Shown here: positions 44,763 to 53,804 of the stretch, in pieces
Numbering within the stretch: position 1 is the first letter of the stretch
Layout of the letters: the number at the start of each line of letters is the position of its first letter
Origin: Leptolyngbyaceae cyanobacterium bins.349
GTDB lineage: Bacteria > Cyanobacteriota > Cyanobacteriia > Leptolyngbyales > Leptolyngbyaceae
NCBI GenBank assembly: GCA_033764685.1
Contig: JANRIS010000050.1
Coordinates: forward strand, 98,034 to 162,033
Length of the DNA: 64,000 nt
Direction: 5' to 3'
The notes under the pieces: model-generated
Database searches by the model: none
The model's input: only the letters and a program-made list of their open reading frames with translations
What the model was told of the DNA's origin: nothing
Translations under genes and position numbers: made by a program

Positions 44763-44928
44763 GATGCGTCAATCACTTCTGATAAAAATGTTAACCACGC
44801 CATCACGATCGGCTGAGCTTGCACTCAATCTACAGATCGTGACAGACCACTGTTCTACGCTCTAGTGTGCCTTAAACCAGCAGAAGTTGCCGAGATAAGA
44901 AATAAAGCTGCTTAACATAACTATAGAA

Positions 44929-46047
44929 TTGGCTACACTAATACAAGCTCGATTTCACCTACACCGCTTCCCCCTCATGAATTCTTCCTCTGCTCCTGCC
45001 AAGCTTCCCTTGTATGCCTTGCTGCTAGTCGCCCCCTTTTTCTTCTGGGGAACGGCCATGGTGGCCATGAAAGGAGTGCTGCCAAACACTACTCCTTTAT
45101 TTATGGCGGGAGTGCGTCTGGTGCCGGCGGGGGGCTTGGTGCTGGCGACAGCCGCGATCGCAGGCAGACCCCAACCCAAAGGCTGGACCGCCTGGTTGTG
45201 GATCGCCTTGTTTGCGCTGGTGGATGGGGTTATGTTTCAAGGCTTTTTGGCGGAAGGGTTGGTTCGCACTGGGGCTGGGTTAGGTTCCGTCATGATCGAC
45301 TCGCAACCGATCGCCGTGGCGCTGATGGCATGGATTTTGTTTGGTGAACATATTGGTCTGTGGGGTTGGTTGGGTTTAGGGATTGGGATTGGCGGCATTA
45401 GCCTTTTGGGCTTACCGGATGCGTGGATTGTGAGCTTATTTCAAGGCAAGGTGCCATTGGATGGGGCGCAACTGGGAGCCAACCTGTTGTACGACCTGTT
45501 TCAAAATGGGCAATGGCTGATGTTGCTGGCCTCGCTTTCGATGGCGGTGGGGACGGTGATTATGCGCTACGTGAGCCGTCATGCCGATCCGGTGGCGGCT
45601 ACAGGGTGGCACATGATTTTGGGTGGCTTACCCCTATTTGCCATGTCTGCTCTGACAGAAACCCATCAAATCACCCATCTGGATGCGGCCAACTGGGTGG
45701 CAATGGGTTATTCCACTATTTTTGGCAGCGCGATCGCCTATGGCTTGTTTTTCTACTTCGCCGCCAGTGGCAGTCTCACCAGCCTCAGTTCCCTGACCTT
45801 CCTGACACCCGTATTTGCTTTATTGTTTGGCAATTTGTTTCTGGGTGAAATGTTGACCCCGATTCAGTGGGGCGGGGTGAGCTTAACTCTAGTCAGTATC
45901 TATTTGATTAATCAACGAGATGTTTTAGCGCAGAAGTTTCAAGCCAAGCAGACTGAGACTCTCTCTGATGCGGTGCCGTTAGTGTCAACCGATGCGACTA
46001 CTCAAGAATTAGCGCAAGTTTCTGTTAAGCTGACCCAGCCAGAGTAG
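44929..46047 (+). CDS. DMT-superfamily (EamA-like) transporter
   Basis: About 10 TM helices with two EamA-like halves (FFFWGTAMVAMK...; ...STIFGSAIAYGLFFY). The start is probably the internal Met (MNSSSAP...). Confidence 0.75.
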   Translation: MATLIQARFHLHRFPLMNSSSAPAKLPLYALLLVAPFFFWGTAMVAMKGVLPNTTPLFMAGVRLVPAGGLVLATAAIAGRPQPKGWTAWLWIALFALVDGVMFQGFLAEGLVRTGAGLGSVMIDSQPIAVALMAWILFGEHIGLWGWLGLGIGIGGISLLGLPDAWIVSLFQGKVPLDGAQLGANLLYDLFQNGQWLMLLASLSMAVGTVIMRYVSRHADPVAATGWHMILGGLPLFAMSALTETHQITHLDAANWVAMGYSTIFGSAIAYGLFFYFAASGSLTSLSSLTFLTPVFALLFGNLFLGEMLTPIQWGGVSLTLVSIYLINQRDVLAQKFQAKQTETLSDAVPLVSTDATTQELAQVSVKLTQPE

Positions 46048-46062
46048 TGTCATCCAATCTTT

Positions 46063-47139
46063 ATGCCATCCCTACGATCGCTCAAATTATTGTTTCTTTC
46101 CACGTCTGTTGGTCCGCTGGGATCGGGTTTGGGCGGTGGTGTTGAACTGACGCTAAAAAACATGGCGCGATCGCTGGCTCAATGCGGTCATCACATTACC
46201 GTGGTTGCGCCTGCGGGTTCAATGTTAGACGATTTTTCCGTAATCGAGATTTTGGGCGATTTGCAGATGACGGCGCAGAGTGAAGGGCGAGATGCCTGGA
46301 TTACAATGCCGGGAAATTCTGTGTTGGCCCAAATGTGGGACTATGCCCGGCAGGTGCAGGATCAGTACGATCTGATTCTCAACTTTGCCTACGATTGGTT
46401 GCCGTTTTATCTCACGCCCTTTTTCGTTCATCCGGTGGCGCACCTCGTCAGCATGGGGTCGTTAACGGATGCTATGGATCAGGTGATTGGCCAGGTCATT
46501 CAGCAATTTCCTCATGCGATCGCGGTGCATAGTCGGGCGCAGGCGGAGACCTTTGCGTTTGGCGATCAGTGTCACATTCTGGGCAATGGGTTTGATCTCT
46601 CCCAGTATACTTTTTGTCCAACAGCTGACAATGTTCTCGGTTGGGTTGGTCGTTTAGCGCCAGAGAAAGGCTTGGAAGATGCTGTCGTTGTGGCGGAGAA
46701 GACGGGCATACCGCTCAAGATTTGGGGGGTGATGCAGGATGTCGCTTACTGGCAGGATATTTGTGACCAATATCCGAATGCTCCAGTCAGTTATGAGGGG
46801 TTTTTACCGACTGCTGAATTGCAGCAGGAGTTGGGGAAATGTCGGGCATTGTTAATGACTCCTCGTTGGGTGGAAGCCTTTGGCAATGTGGCGATCGAGG
46901 CGTTGGCTTGCGGCGTGCCCGTCATTGCGTACGATCGCGGTGGGCCATCTGAAATTGTGCAACCTGGACAAACAGGATGGTTGGTCTCGCCGGATGATGT
47001 GAATGGTCTGGTCGAGGCGATCGCCAAGCTAGACCAAATTGATCGGGCAGTGTGTCGCCAGTATGTGGAAGCAAAATACTCTTTGGAGGCGATGGGCGAT
47101 CGGCTAGAAGCCTGGTTTAGCAGTATTCTGAAAGCTTAA
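46063..47139 (+). CDS. Glycosyltransferase, GT4/GT-B fold
   Basis: GRLAPEKGLEDAV...EAFGNVAIEALACGVPVIAYDRGGPSEIV contains the E-x7-E motif region. Confidence 0.8.
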   Translation: MPSLRSLKLLFLSTSVGPLGSGLGGGVELTLKNMARSLAQCGHHITVVAPAGSMLDDFSVIEILGDLQMTAQSEGRDAWITMPGNSVLAQMWDYARQVQDQYDLILNFAYDWLPFYLTPFFVHPVAHLVSMGSLTDAMDQVIGQVIQQFPHAIAVHSRAQAETFAFGDQCHILGNGFDLSQYTFCPTADNVLGWVGRLAPEKGLEDAVVVAEKTGIPLKIWGVMQDVAYWQDICDQYPNAPVSYEGFLPTAELQQELGKCRALLMTPRWVEAFGNVAIEALACGVPVIAYDRGGPSEIVQPGQTGWLVSPDDVNGLVEAIAKLDQIDRAVCRQYVEAKYSLEAMGDRLEAWFSSILKA

Positions 47140-47155
47140 TCCACTCAAGGTCGGA

Positions 47156-47455
47156 TTGATGCGGTCTCCTGCCGAGAAAATTGCTTACCATCGCCACCAA
47201 ACTCGATGGGCGTGGTGGGGTCTTGCGTTACAACCTATTGCGGTCCTTGTTATGGGATCACTGAATGAACTGGATGCCATGAGCCTGCGCGGTATTCTGG
47301 GAGTGAGCTTATTTTTGCTGAGTTTGGGATGCATGAATATTGGCATCTGGCACTATGCCAAGGCAAAAGGCTACAGCAATTGGGTCGCGGCTCTCGGCTG
47401 CTTCAATGTGTATGGCTTGATCGTGTTATTGATTTTGCCTCGACGAAACCCTTAA
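47156..47455 (+). CDS. Small hypothetical membrane protein
   Basis: 99 aa with three hydrophobic segments. I recognise no family. Confidence 0.4.
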   Translation: MMRSPAEKIAYHRHQTRWAWWGLALQPIAVLVMGSLNELDAMSLRGILGVSLFLLSLGCMNIGIWHYAKAKGYSNWVAALGCFNVYGLIVLLILPRRNP

Positions 47456-47603
47456 ATTTTGGCGATCCGTCAACCTGTCCCCAAAAGCGCGATCGCGGAA
47501 CTGCCAAGTAATTTGCCCGCACGAAACCAGCCTCTCGTCTATTAGCGCAAGTTGATACAATAGGAACTTGTGAATTTCACACCACTACATTAAGACAGAA
47601 CTT

Positions 47604-49007
47604 ATGAGCCAGGGGACGCTATTCGACAAAGTTTGGGATGCTCACACCGTTGGAGTTTTACCATCTGGACAAACCCAACTCTTAATTGGGCTGCACCTGA
47701 TCCACGAAGTCACTAGTCCTCAAGCGTTTGCTATGCTACGCGATCGCGGCCTAAACGTACTCTTTCCTGACCGCACCATTGCCACGGTGGATCACATCAT
47801 TCCCACCGATACCCATGCTCGTCCTTTGCAAGATTCCTTGGCCGAAGAAATGATGCAAGCCCTGGAGCAAAATTGTCAGGACCACGGCATTACTTTTTAC
47901 AATGTCGGTTCTGGCAATCAGGGCATTGTGCATGTGATTGCGCCTGAACTGGGCCTCACCCAACCCGGCATGACGATCGCCTGCGGTGATAGCCACACCT
48001 CAACGCATGGAGCCTTTGGCGCGATCGCCTTTGGCATTGGCACCAGTCAGGTACGGGATGTGCTGGCTTCCCAAACCCTGGCCCTGTCGAAGTTGAAAGT
48101 GCGGCGCGTGGAGGTGAATGGCGCGCTGCGGCCAGGAGTCTACGCCAAAGACGTAATTTTGCATATCATCCGCAAATTGGGCGTAAAAGGCGGTGTGGGC
48201 TATGCTTACGAGTTTGCTGGCACTACATTTGAGCAGATGAGCATGGAAGAACGGATGACCGTCTGCAATATGGCGATTGAAGGAGGTGCCCGTTGCGGCT
48301 ACATCAATCCTGATCAGGTGACGTTTGATTACCTGCAAGGACGGGATTTTGCCCCTCAAGGTGCCGCCTGGGATAACGCAGTAGCCTGGTGGACGAGTAT
48401 GGCCAGCGATCGCAATGCCGTTTATGACGATGTGGTCGTGTTCGAGGCGGACGCGATCGCCCCCACCGTCACCTGGGGCATTACTCCCGGTCAGGGCATT
48501 GGGGTCGATGAGAAAATTCCCACCCCTGATGAAATGCCAGCAGACGAACGGGCGATCGCGGAAGAAGCCTATCAATATATGGACTTGCTTCCCGGTACAC
48601 CCATTCTTGGCACTAAAGTCGATGTGTGCTTTGTCGGCAGTTGCACCAATGGCCGCATCTCGGACTTACGAGAAGCCGCGAAACTGGCTCAAGGTCGCCA
48701 AGTCGCCGCCGGAGTCAAAGCCTTCATCGTCCCTGGCTCAGAACGGGTCAAAGTCCAGGCAGAAGCGGAAGGATTACACGAAATTTTCCTGCAAGCTGGA
48801 TTTGAGTGGCGGGAAGCAGGCTGTTCTATGTGTTTGGCGATGAATCCGGATAAGCTTCAGGGTCGCCAAATTAGCGCGTCATCGTCTAATCGCAACTTTA
48901 AGGGACGACAAGGTTCAGCCTCTGGCCGCACTTTGTTGATGAGTCCGGCGATGGTGGTCGCGGCGGCCATAACGGGACAGGTCACCGATGTTCGCGAGTT
49001 AATTTAG
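47604..49007 (+). CDS. leuC: 3-isopropylmalate dehydratase large subunit
   Basis: [14 protein letters not shown]...[12 protein letters not shown]...[15 protein letters not shown]...GSCTNGR...CSMCLAMN are the aconitase-family LeuC motifs. Confidence 0.95.
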   Translation: MSQGTLFDKVWDAHTVGVLPSGQTQLLIGLHLIHEVTSPQAFAMLRDRGLNVLFPDRTIATVDHIIPTDTHARPLQDSLAEEMMQALEQNCQDHGITFYNVGSGNQGIVHVIAPELGLTQPGMTIACGDSHTSTHGAFGAIAFGIGTSQVRDVLASQTLALSKLKVRRVEVNGALRPGVYAKDVILHIIRKLGVKGGVGYAYEFAGTTFEQMSMEERMTVCNMAIEGGARCGYINPDQVTFDYLQGRDFAPQGAAWDNAVAWWTSMASDRNAVYDDVVVFEADAIAPTVTWGITPGQGIGVDEKIPTPDEMPADERAIAEEAYQYMDLLPGTPILGTKVDVCFVGSCTNGRISDLREAAKLAQGRQVAAGVKAFIVPGSERVKVQAEAEGLHEIFLQAGFEWREAGCSMCLAMNPDKLQGRQISASSSNRNFKGRQGSASGRTLLMSPAMVVAAAITGQVTDVRELI

Positions 49008-49009
49008 AG

Positions 49010-49231
49010 GTGGAGAGTGGAAACGAGCGGGACTGGCAACAGGATAAACTGCTCAGTCCTTATGAGATCGCTAAACTGAAAAAATCAGGGATTGACATTC
49101 ATGAGTTGAAGGGTGTGCGTGGTGCGTCTAGAAAAGACCTTTATAAGGACAAGGACGGAGCGATTTATATCAAGTTGAAGGATGGACTTGGCGCAGGTGA
49201 ATTCACAGGGCTGAACATCAATGATTTCTGA
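49010..49231 (+). CDS. Small ORF resembling the C-terminal tail module of polymorphic toxins
   Basis: 73 aa with a GTG start 3 nt after the leuC stop. LSPYEIAKLKKSGIDIHELKG...SRKDLYKDKDGAIYIKLKDGLGAGEFTGLNINDF resembles tails I recall on LXG/Rhs-type toxins. This is memory only. Confidence 0.4.
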   Translation: MESGNERDWQQDKLLSPYEIAKLKKSGIDIHELKGVRGASRKDLYKDKDGAIYIKLKDGLGAGEFTGLNINDF

Positions 49232-49254
49232 TTCTGATAGTTAGGAGTAGCGGG

Positions 49255-49695
49255 ATGGCATCAGAATGTTATGCTTCCTTCGTGTTAACTGGCTTAGATC
49301 TGAATCCAGATGAGATCACAGCGAAGACAGGGGTGATACCGACAAAAACCTGGCGAGTAGGGGATTTAATCTCTCCACAAGCGACCATTCGATACCAACA
49401 CAACGGTTGGAGGCTTTCAAGTCAACGGAAATTTGTTGATTTTGAAGATGCGGATGATTTAGCGGATCATGTGAGAGCAGTATTGGAACAACTTCATGTA
49501 AGCTGGCAGACCTTTGTTGAGGTCGGTGCTCAGTTTGACTCAGAAGTTTGCTGCATTATCTACACAGGTGGTGAAAGACCTGCGATTCACTTTGACCGTG
49601 CTATTTTGAACCAACTTTCAGAGCTAAATGCTGAATTAGATGTAGATCTCTATGTCCTGCCTGAGGATAGTTCTGAAAGGACTTCCGCAAGTTGA
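49255..49695 (+). CDS. DUF4279-like protein (possible immunity or partner protein)
   Basis: 146 aa. ASFVLTGLDLNPDEITAKTGVIPTKTWRVGD...NGWRLSS matches my recollection of the DUF4279 N-terminal pattern. Confidence 0.5.
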   Translation: MASECYASFVLTGLDLNPDEITAKTGVIPTKTWRVGDLISPQATIRYQHNGWRLSSQRKFVDFEDADDLADHVRAVLEQLHVSWQTFVEVGAQFDSEVCCIIYTGGERPAIHFDRAILNQLSELNAELDVDLYVLPEDSSERTSAS

Positions 49696-49709
49696 GAACT
49701 GTTTCAATC

Positions 49710-50393
49710 TCAAGTAATGGGGCTGACTTTGGCGCGATACAGTAAGCGATCGCCCTGCCGATAACCCGTGTATCTCACCCGGACGCGATCGCCGGGATTG
49801 GCACTCCCTTCCATTAACTGATGGGATTGGGGATCGTAGGGGATTTCTGCACCGACGGGAGCGATCGCGTCAATGCCCCATTGCTGTAACAAATGCTCAA
49901 TCGGACGCAACAGGGGAATTAGCTTAACGGCTGGCACCTGGGGATTTTGTTGGGCCGCATAAATCGCGGTAGGCAGTTGCAGAAGTAAGGATTCCAATGC
50001 CTGCAAACTGGACTGCTGAAATTCTTGCCAAAGTTCCTGTTGCTGTTGCGCCAACTGGTTTTGGAGGCGATCGTACTCCTGCCGTAACGCTTCTACCTCT
50101 GAGTCGCTTTCAACTCGTGTCGGTGGTGGCTGGGTTGGTTGAGCGATCGCCTCGTCAACGGTTGCTTCCGGCCCAAATGTGGTTAACAACTTGGCTGGAG
50201 ATACGTGCAAGACGTGCCCCAATTTGATCAACGCTTCAACTCGCAGGGTTGCCAAATTTCCCTGCCGTAGTTTGCGAAGTTGCTTTTCAGAAATTCCTGT
50301 GGCTACACTCAACGCCTTGAAGCTGGAAAATCCTACCGCTTGCATCAAGTGTTGCAGTTGAGAGGTGCGATCGCGCGTTGAAGGTTTTGTCAT
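49710..50393 (-). CDS. HTH (XRE-like) domain, coiled coil and GrpE-like C-terminal domain protein
   Basis: The N terminus FSSFKALSVATGISEKQLRKLRQGN looks like an HTH. The middle is Gln-rich coiled coil. The C terminus GAEIPYDPQSHQLMEG...GDRVRVRYTGYRQGDRLLYRAKVS resembles the GrpE beta-domain. Confidence 0.6.
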   Translation of the reverse strand: MTKPSTRDRTSQLQHLMQAVGFSSFKALSVATGISEKQLRKLRQGNLATLRVEALIKLGHVLHVSPAKLLTTFGPEATVDEAIAQPTQPPPTRVESDSEVEALRQEYDRLQNQLAQQQQELWQEFQQSSLQALESLLLQLPTAIYAAQQNPQVPAVKLIPLLRPIEHLLQQWGIDAIAPVGAEIPYDPQSHQLMEGSANPGDRVRVRYTGYRQGDRLLYRAKVSPIT

Positions 50394-50425
50394 GCGATCG
50401 AGCTTACAGCGAAGTCACCTTGGCA

Positions 50426-50698
50426 TCAATCACCGTGGTCGTCTTCCTGTTGCAACACATCCAGAATGCGACGATTTTCCACTTGTAAGCCCCGAACCTC
50501 AGATTGCATTTCTTGCATATCTGCCCGCATTGACCGAATTTCAGCCATGATCGTTTCAAAATTGCGTTGGCTGGTTTCGTGGTACACCTGATGTCGCTCC
50601 ACCACTGCCAGCAACGAACTGACGGCCAGTTTCAAGTCAATATGTTCATGCTCAAGGCGTTCTACCCGTTGGGGTAAGTCTTGATTGGATTGTGTCAT
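50426..50698 (-). CDS. Small coiled-coil protein (hypothetical)
   Basis: 90-aa heptad-rich ORF with an acidic C terminus. Confidence 0.4.
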   Translation of the reverse strand: MTQSNQDLPQRVERLEHEHIDLKLAVSSLLAVVERHQVYHETSQRNFETIMAEIRSMRADMQEMQSEVRGLQVENRRILDVLQQEDDHGD

Positions 50699-50752
50699 GG
50701 CACTATCAGAAAAATTGTAAAACCTAATCTAGCAAATTTTTGGTGGCAAGCC

Positions 50753-52144
50753 CTACTTGCTGGCCTGCTCCACGGCTTTTTGCAGTTGAGTATTGAAGTA
50801 CTCTTCCCGAAATTTGAGTTGACGCGCGATCGCCAATCCCTCCTGAAAAGCCGCGATCGCGGCGGGATATTCCTGTTGTTGCAAGTGGATTTGTCCCAGT
50901 TGGTCATAGGCCGCCATCACGCCGTAGGTGTTGTAGGCTTGCTGTTCCACATTCACCAGAAATGTATAAATCCGTTGAGCGGCACTGAGGCGATTGTTTG
51001 TGCGATACATTTCGCCCAACTGTTTCAAGGCATCTCCCGCATCGGCCCACTGTAATTGAGGTTGAGCCGCTTTATAGGCCAGTTGGTAATTGGCTTCGGC
51101 GCGATCGAGTTGGCCGAGGAGGCGCTGATTGTTGGCAATTTTGGTGATCAGGGCCGGAACGGGTTTGGGATCATTGATTTTGCGATAAAACTCAATTAAT
51201 TGCTGCTGATAAAAAATCGTTTCCTTTGGTTGTTTGGCCTGTTCATGGACAAAAATCAGTTGACTCAGATAGATCGGCTCGTTGAATACATCCTGACGGG
51301 CCTGCGATCGCTGCCACAGTTCCCGGTAAACATTTGCCGCCTTGGCATAGTCAAACCAACCTAAATGAAGCTGGCCCAGATTGATCAAGGTGGCTTCCAA
51401 TTTCAGATCATCCCCTCGTTGGCGAGCGGCAGCCACCACCTGTTCATACAAACTGGCGGCAATTTTGGGTAAGCGCACCTGCTGATAGGCCAACCCTAGC
51501 GCTTCCACCAGTTCCATCCGGCGTTCAGGATTGAGCAGTTCCGCTGGCGTGTTGGAGTTATTTTCCAGTTGGGCGATCGATTTCTCGGTTTCCAACCGAA
51601 TCGCATCCAGCCGTTTAGTGATGTAGCGCAACTGCTGGTTGTTGTTTTGGCCCCAAGTCACGTCACCGATCCGCCCCAGTGCCCGGACTTCATCCACCAG
51701 GGAAGCCACCAGGCGACGATACCGAAGTTCCTGGTTCCACGCTGCATAAGCACCCACCGCATCCTGGCTTTGCAGCCGTTGTGCCCCAATGAGCGCCAGC
51801 CGATCTGCGGCCTTGATCAGGTCTGAGCGTTCATCAGCCGTAAGCGGACGCTCTTTATAATCAAACGGGATCAGCGGATCAAGGGGTTCAGAAATTTCTA
51901 GCGGGTTGGGCGGAAACTGATCTGGCAGGGGTTGTTTCTTCGTCTCTTGCGGTTTGGCGGGCGGTGACGGGCGGTTGGGAGTGGAGGGTTGGGCGTTGGG
52001 GGAGGGCAGGGGGGCAGGGGCCGGAGCGTCTGGGGAGGGCGGTAGGGGAGTTGTTTGAGCCACCGTGAGGGGATGATGAATGCCCATATTGCCCAGAATT
52101 GCAATGGCGATCGCGACCCACTTTGTCATCCCAACACTGCTCAT
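50753..52144 (-). CDS. Secreted TPR-repeat protein with a Pro-rich linker
   Basis: Signal-like N terminus, a PPSPDAPAPAPLPSPNAQPSTPNRPSPP linker, then repeated TPR-like A..Y...L patterns. Confidence 0.65.
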   Translation of the reverse strand: MSSVGMTKWVAIAIAILGNMGIHHPLTVAQTTPLPPSPDAPAPAPLPSPNAQPSTPNRPSPPAKPQETKKQPLPDQFPPNPLEISEPLDPLIPFDYKERPLTADERSDLIKAADRLALIGAQRLQSQDAVGAYAAWNQELRYRRLVASLVDEVRALGRIGDVTWGQNNNQQLRYITKRLDAIRLETEKSIAQLENNSNTPAELLNPERRMELVEALGLAYQQVRLPKIAASLYEQVVAAARQRGDDLKLEATLINLGQLHLGWFDYAKAANVYRELWQRSQARQDVFNEPIYLSQLIFVHEQAKQPKETIFYQQQLIEFYRKINDPKPVPALITKIANNQRLLGQLDRAEANYQLAYKAAQPQLQWADAGDALKQLGEMYRTNNRLSAAQRIYTFLVNVEQQAYNTYGVMAAYDQLGQIHLQQQEYPAAIAAFQEGLAIARQLKFREEYFNTQLQKAVEQASK

Positions 52145-52354
52145 CCTGGCTTCTCCTCACCCATTTACAAACTCAGTAGATACAGTTGCAGTCAACGCTC
52201 CCTCCGTCAAGACGGCGCTTTCGCAAAACTGTTCCTCTATCCTTATACCCATTTCTTGCCGCGCTTTTCCAAATTCGGGCAGGAGCGTGACATAATTTTG
52301 GATGCATTCACCTGACAGCATTATGCTGAAAGGGTCAGTCAAGGATAGGACGAC

Positions 52355-53635
52355 GTGAAGGTTCTGGTAATTGGAAATGGCGGTCGAGAACACGCGATCG
52401 CATGGAAATTGTTGCAGTCTCCAAATGTGCAGCAGGTCATTTGTGTACCTGGTAACGGCGGTACTGCTGCTACCCCGCGTTGCTTGAATCTGGCTATGAA
52501 TGCGCTGGATGTGGAAGGCATTGCCCGCTTTGCCCTGGTGAATGGAGTTGCGTTGATTGTTGTCGGTCCTGAAGCACCCCTTGCCGCCGGAGCGACTGAC
52601 TTCTTGCAATCCCAGGGACTCACCGTTTTTGGTCCCACGCGCCTGGGTGCCCAAATCGAAGCCAGCAAAGCCTGGGCCAAGGACTTGATGCGAGAAGCCA
52701 AAATTCCCACGGCGGCGGCGGTGGTGTTTACGCAAGCCGAACCCGCGATCGCCCATGTGCAGAAGCAGGGCGCACCCATTGTGATTAAGGCCGACGGATT
52801 AGCGGCTGGCAAAGGCGTGACGGTAGCCGCCACGGTGGAGGAGGCCGAAGCTGCGATCGCCGATGCCCTGGGGGGCAAGTTTGGGGAGGCGGGGCAACGA
52901 GTGGTGATCGAAGAATGTTTGACCGGCCAGGAAGTATCGGTGTTGGCGGTGACGGATGGGTTAACCATTCGGCCGCTGCTCCCGGCGCAAGACCATAAAC
53001 GCATCGGCGAAGGCGATACCGGAGCCAACACGGGCGGCATGGGAGCCTATGCCCCGGCCCCCATCGCCACGCCAGACTTGATGGCCCGCATTCAACAAGA
53101 AATTCTGGAACCCGCGATCGCCAGCCTACGCCACCGTGGCATTGATTATCGGGGCGTGCTCTACGCTGGCTTGATGATCACCCCAACGGGCGATCCCAAG
53201 GTGATTGAATTTAATTGCCGCTTCGGCGATCCAGAAACTCAGGTCGTGTTGCCGTTACTGGATACTCCTCTGGCAGACTTGCTGTTAGCCTGTGCCGAAC
53301 AGCGATTAGAAGCTTTTCCCCCGTTGGAATGGCGATCAGGGGCAGCAGCCTCTGTGGTGTTGGCAGCGGCAGGCTACCCGGAATCTTACGAGAAAGGCAA
53401 ACCGATCTCCGGGTTAGAGCAAGCCGAAGATCAGGGGGCCACTATTTTTCATGCGGGCACCCAAAAACGGGGACCGCAAATTGTTACGGATGGGGGACGA
53501 GTGCTGAACGTGACCGCAACGGGAGAAAACCTGGAAGATGCGATCGCCAATGCCTATGCGGCCCTGAACGTGATCGACTTTGAGGGGATGTATTACCGCC
53601 GCGACATTGGCTTCCGCGCCAAAATCACCCAGTAA
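52355..53635 (+). CDS. purD: Phosphoribosylamine-glycine ligase
   Basis: MKVLVIGNGGREHAIAWKL...IVIKADGLAAGKGV...TGANTGGMGAY...RFGDPETQ are the PurD motifs. The start is GTG. Confidence 0.95.
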   Translation: MKVLVIGNGGREHAIAWKLLQSPNVQQVICVPGNGGTAATPRCLNLAMNALDVEGIARFALVNGVALIVVGPEAPLAAGATDFLQSQGLTVFGPTRLGAQIEASKAWAKDLMREAKIPTAAAVVFTQAEPAIAHVQKQGAPIVIKADGLAAGKGVTVAATVEEAEAAIADALGGKFGEAGQRVVIEECLTGQEVSVLAVTDGLTIRPLLPAQDHKRIGEGDTGANTGGMGAYAPAPIATPDLMARIQQEILEPAIASLRHRGIDYRGVLYAGLMITPTGDPKVIEFNCRFGDPETQVVLPLLDTPLADLLLACAEQRLEAFPPLEWRSGAAASVVLAAAGYPESYEKGKPISGLEQAEDQGATIFHAGTQKRGPQIVTDGGRVLNVTATGENLEDAIANAYAALNVIDFEGMYYRRDIGFRAKITQ

Positions 53636-53804
53636 GCAAGGCAGTAAGGCATGAGAATTGAATACCTGTAATTTTCGGAGGATGGGCAGCTTGCCCGTCT
53701 GGGCAGGCGAGACACCCGCCCCATAGGTGATTCAATCCATAATCCTAAGTCGGAGGGTCCAGGTTTCAGGGGCAAGTTTCAAAACTAACCCCTAACTCCT
53801 CCGC

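Noticed and set aside
48000-48575. 191-aa minus-strand ORF inside leuC
   Set aside because: It is antisense to a canonical leuC and has no recognisable motifs.
52339-53040. 233-aa minus-strand ORF, plus a 199-aa ORF at 52157-52756
   Set aside because: It lies largely antisense to the strongly supported purD gene. The translation is Ala/Pro/Ser/Arg-rich low complexity, typical of antisense frames in GC-rich coding DNA.
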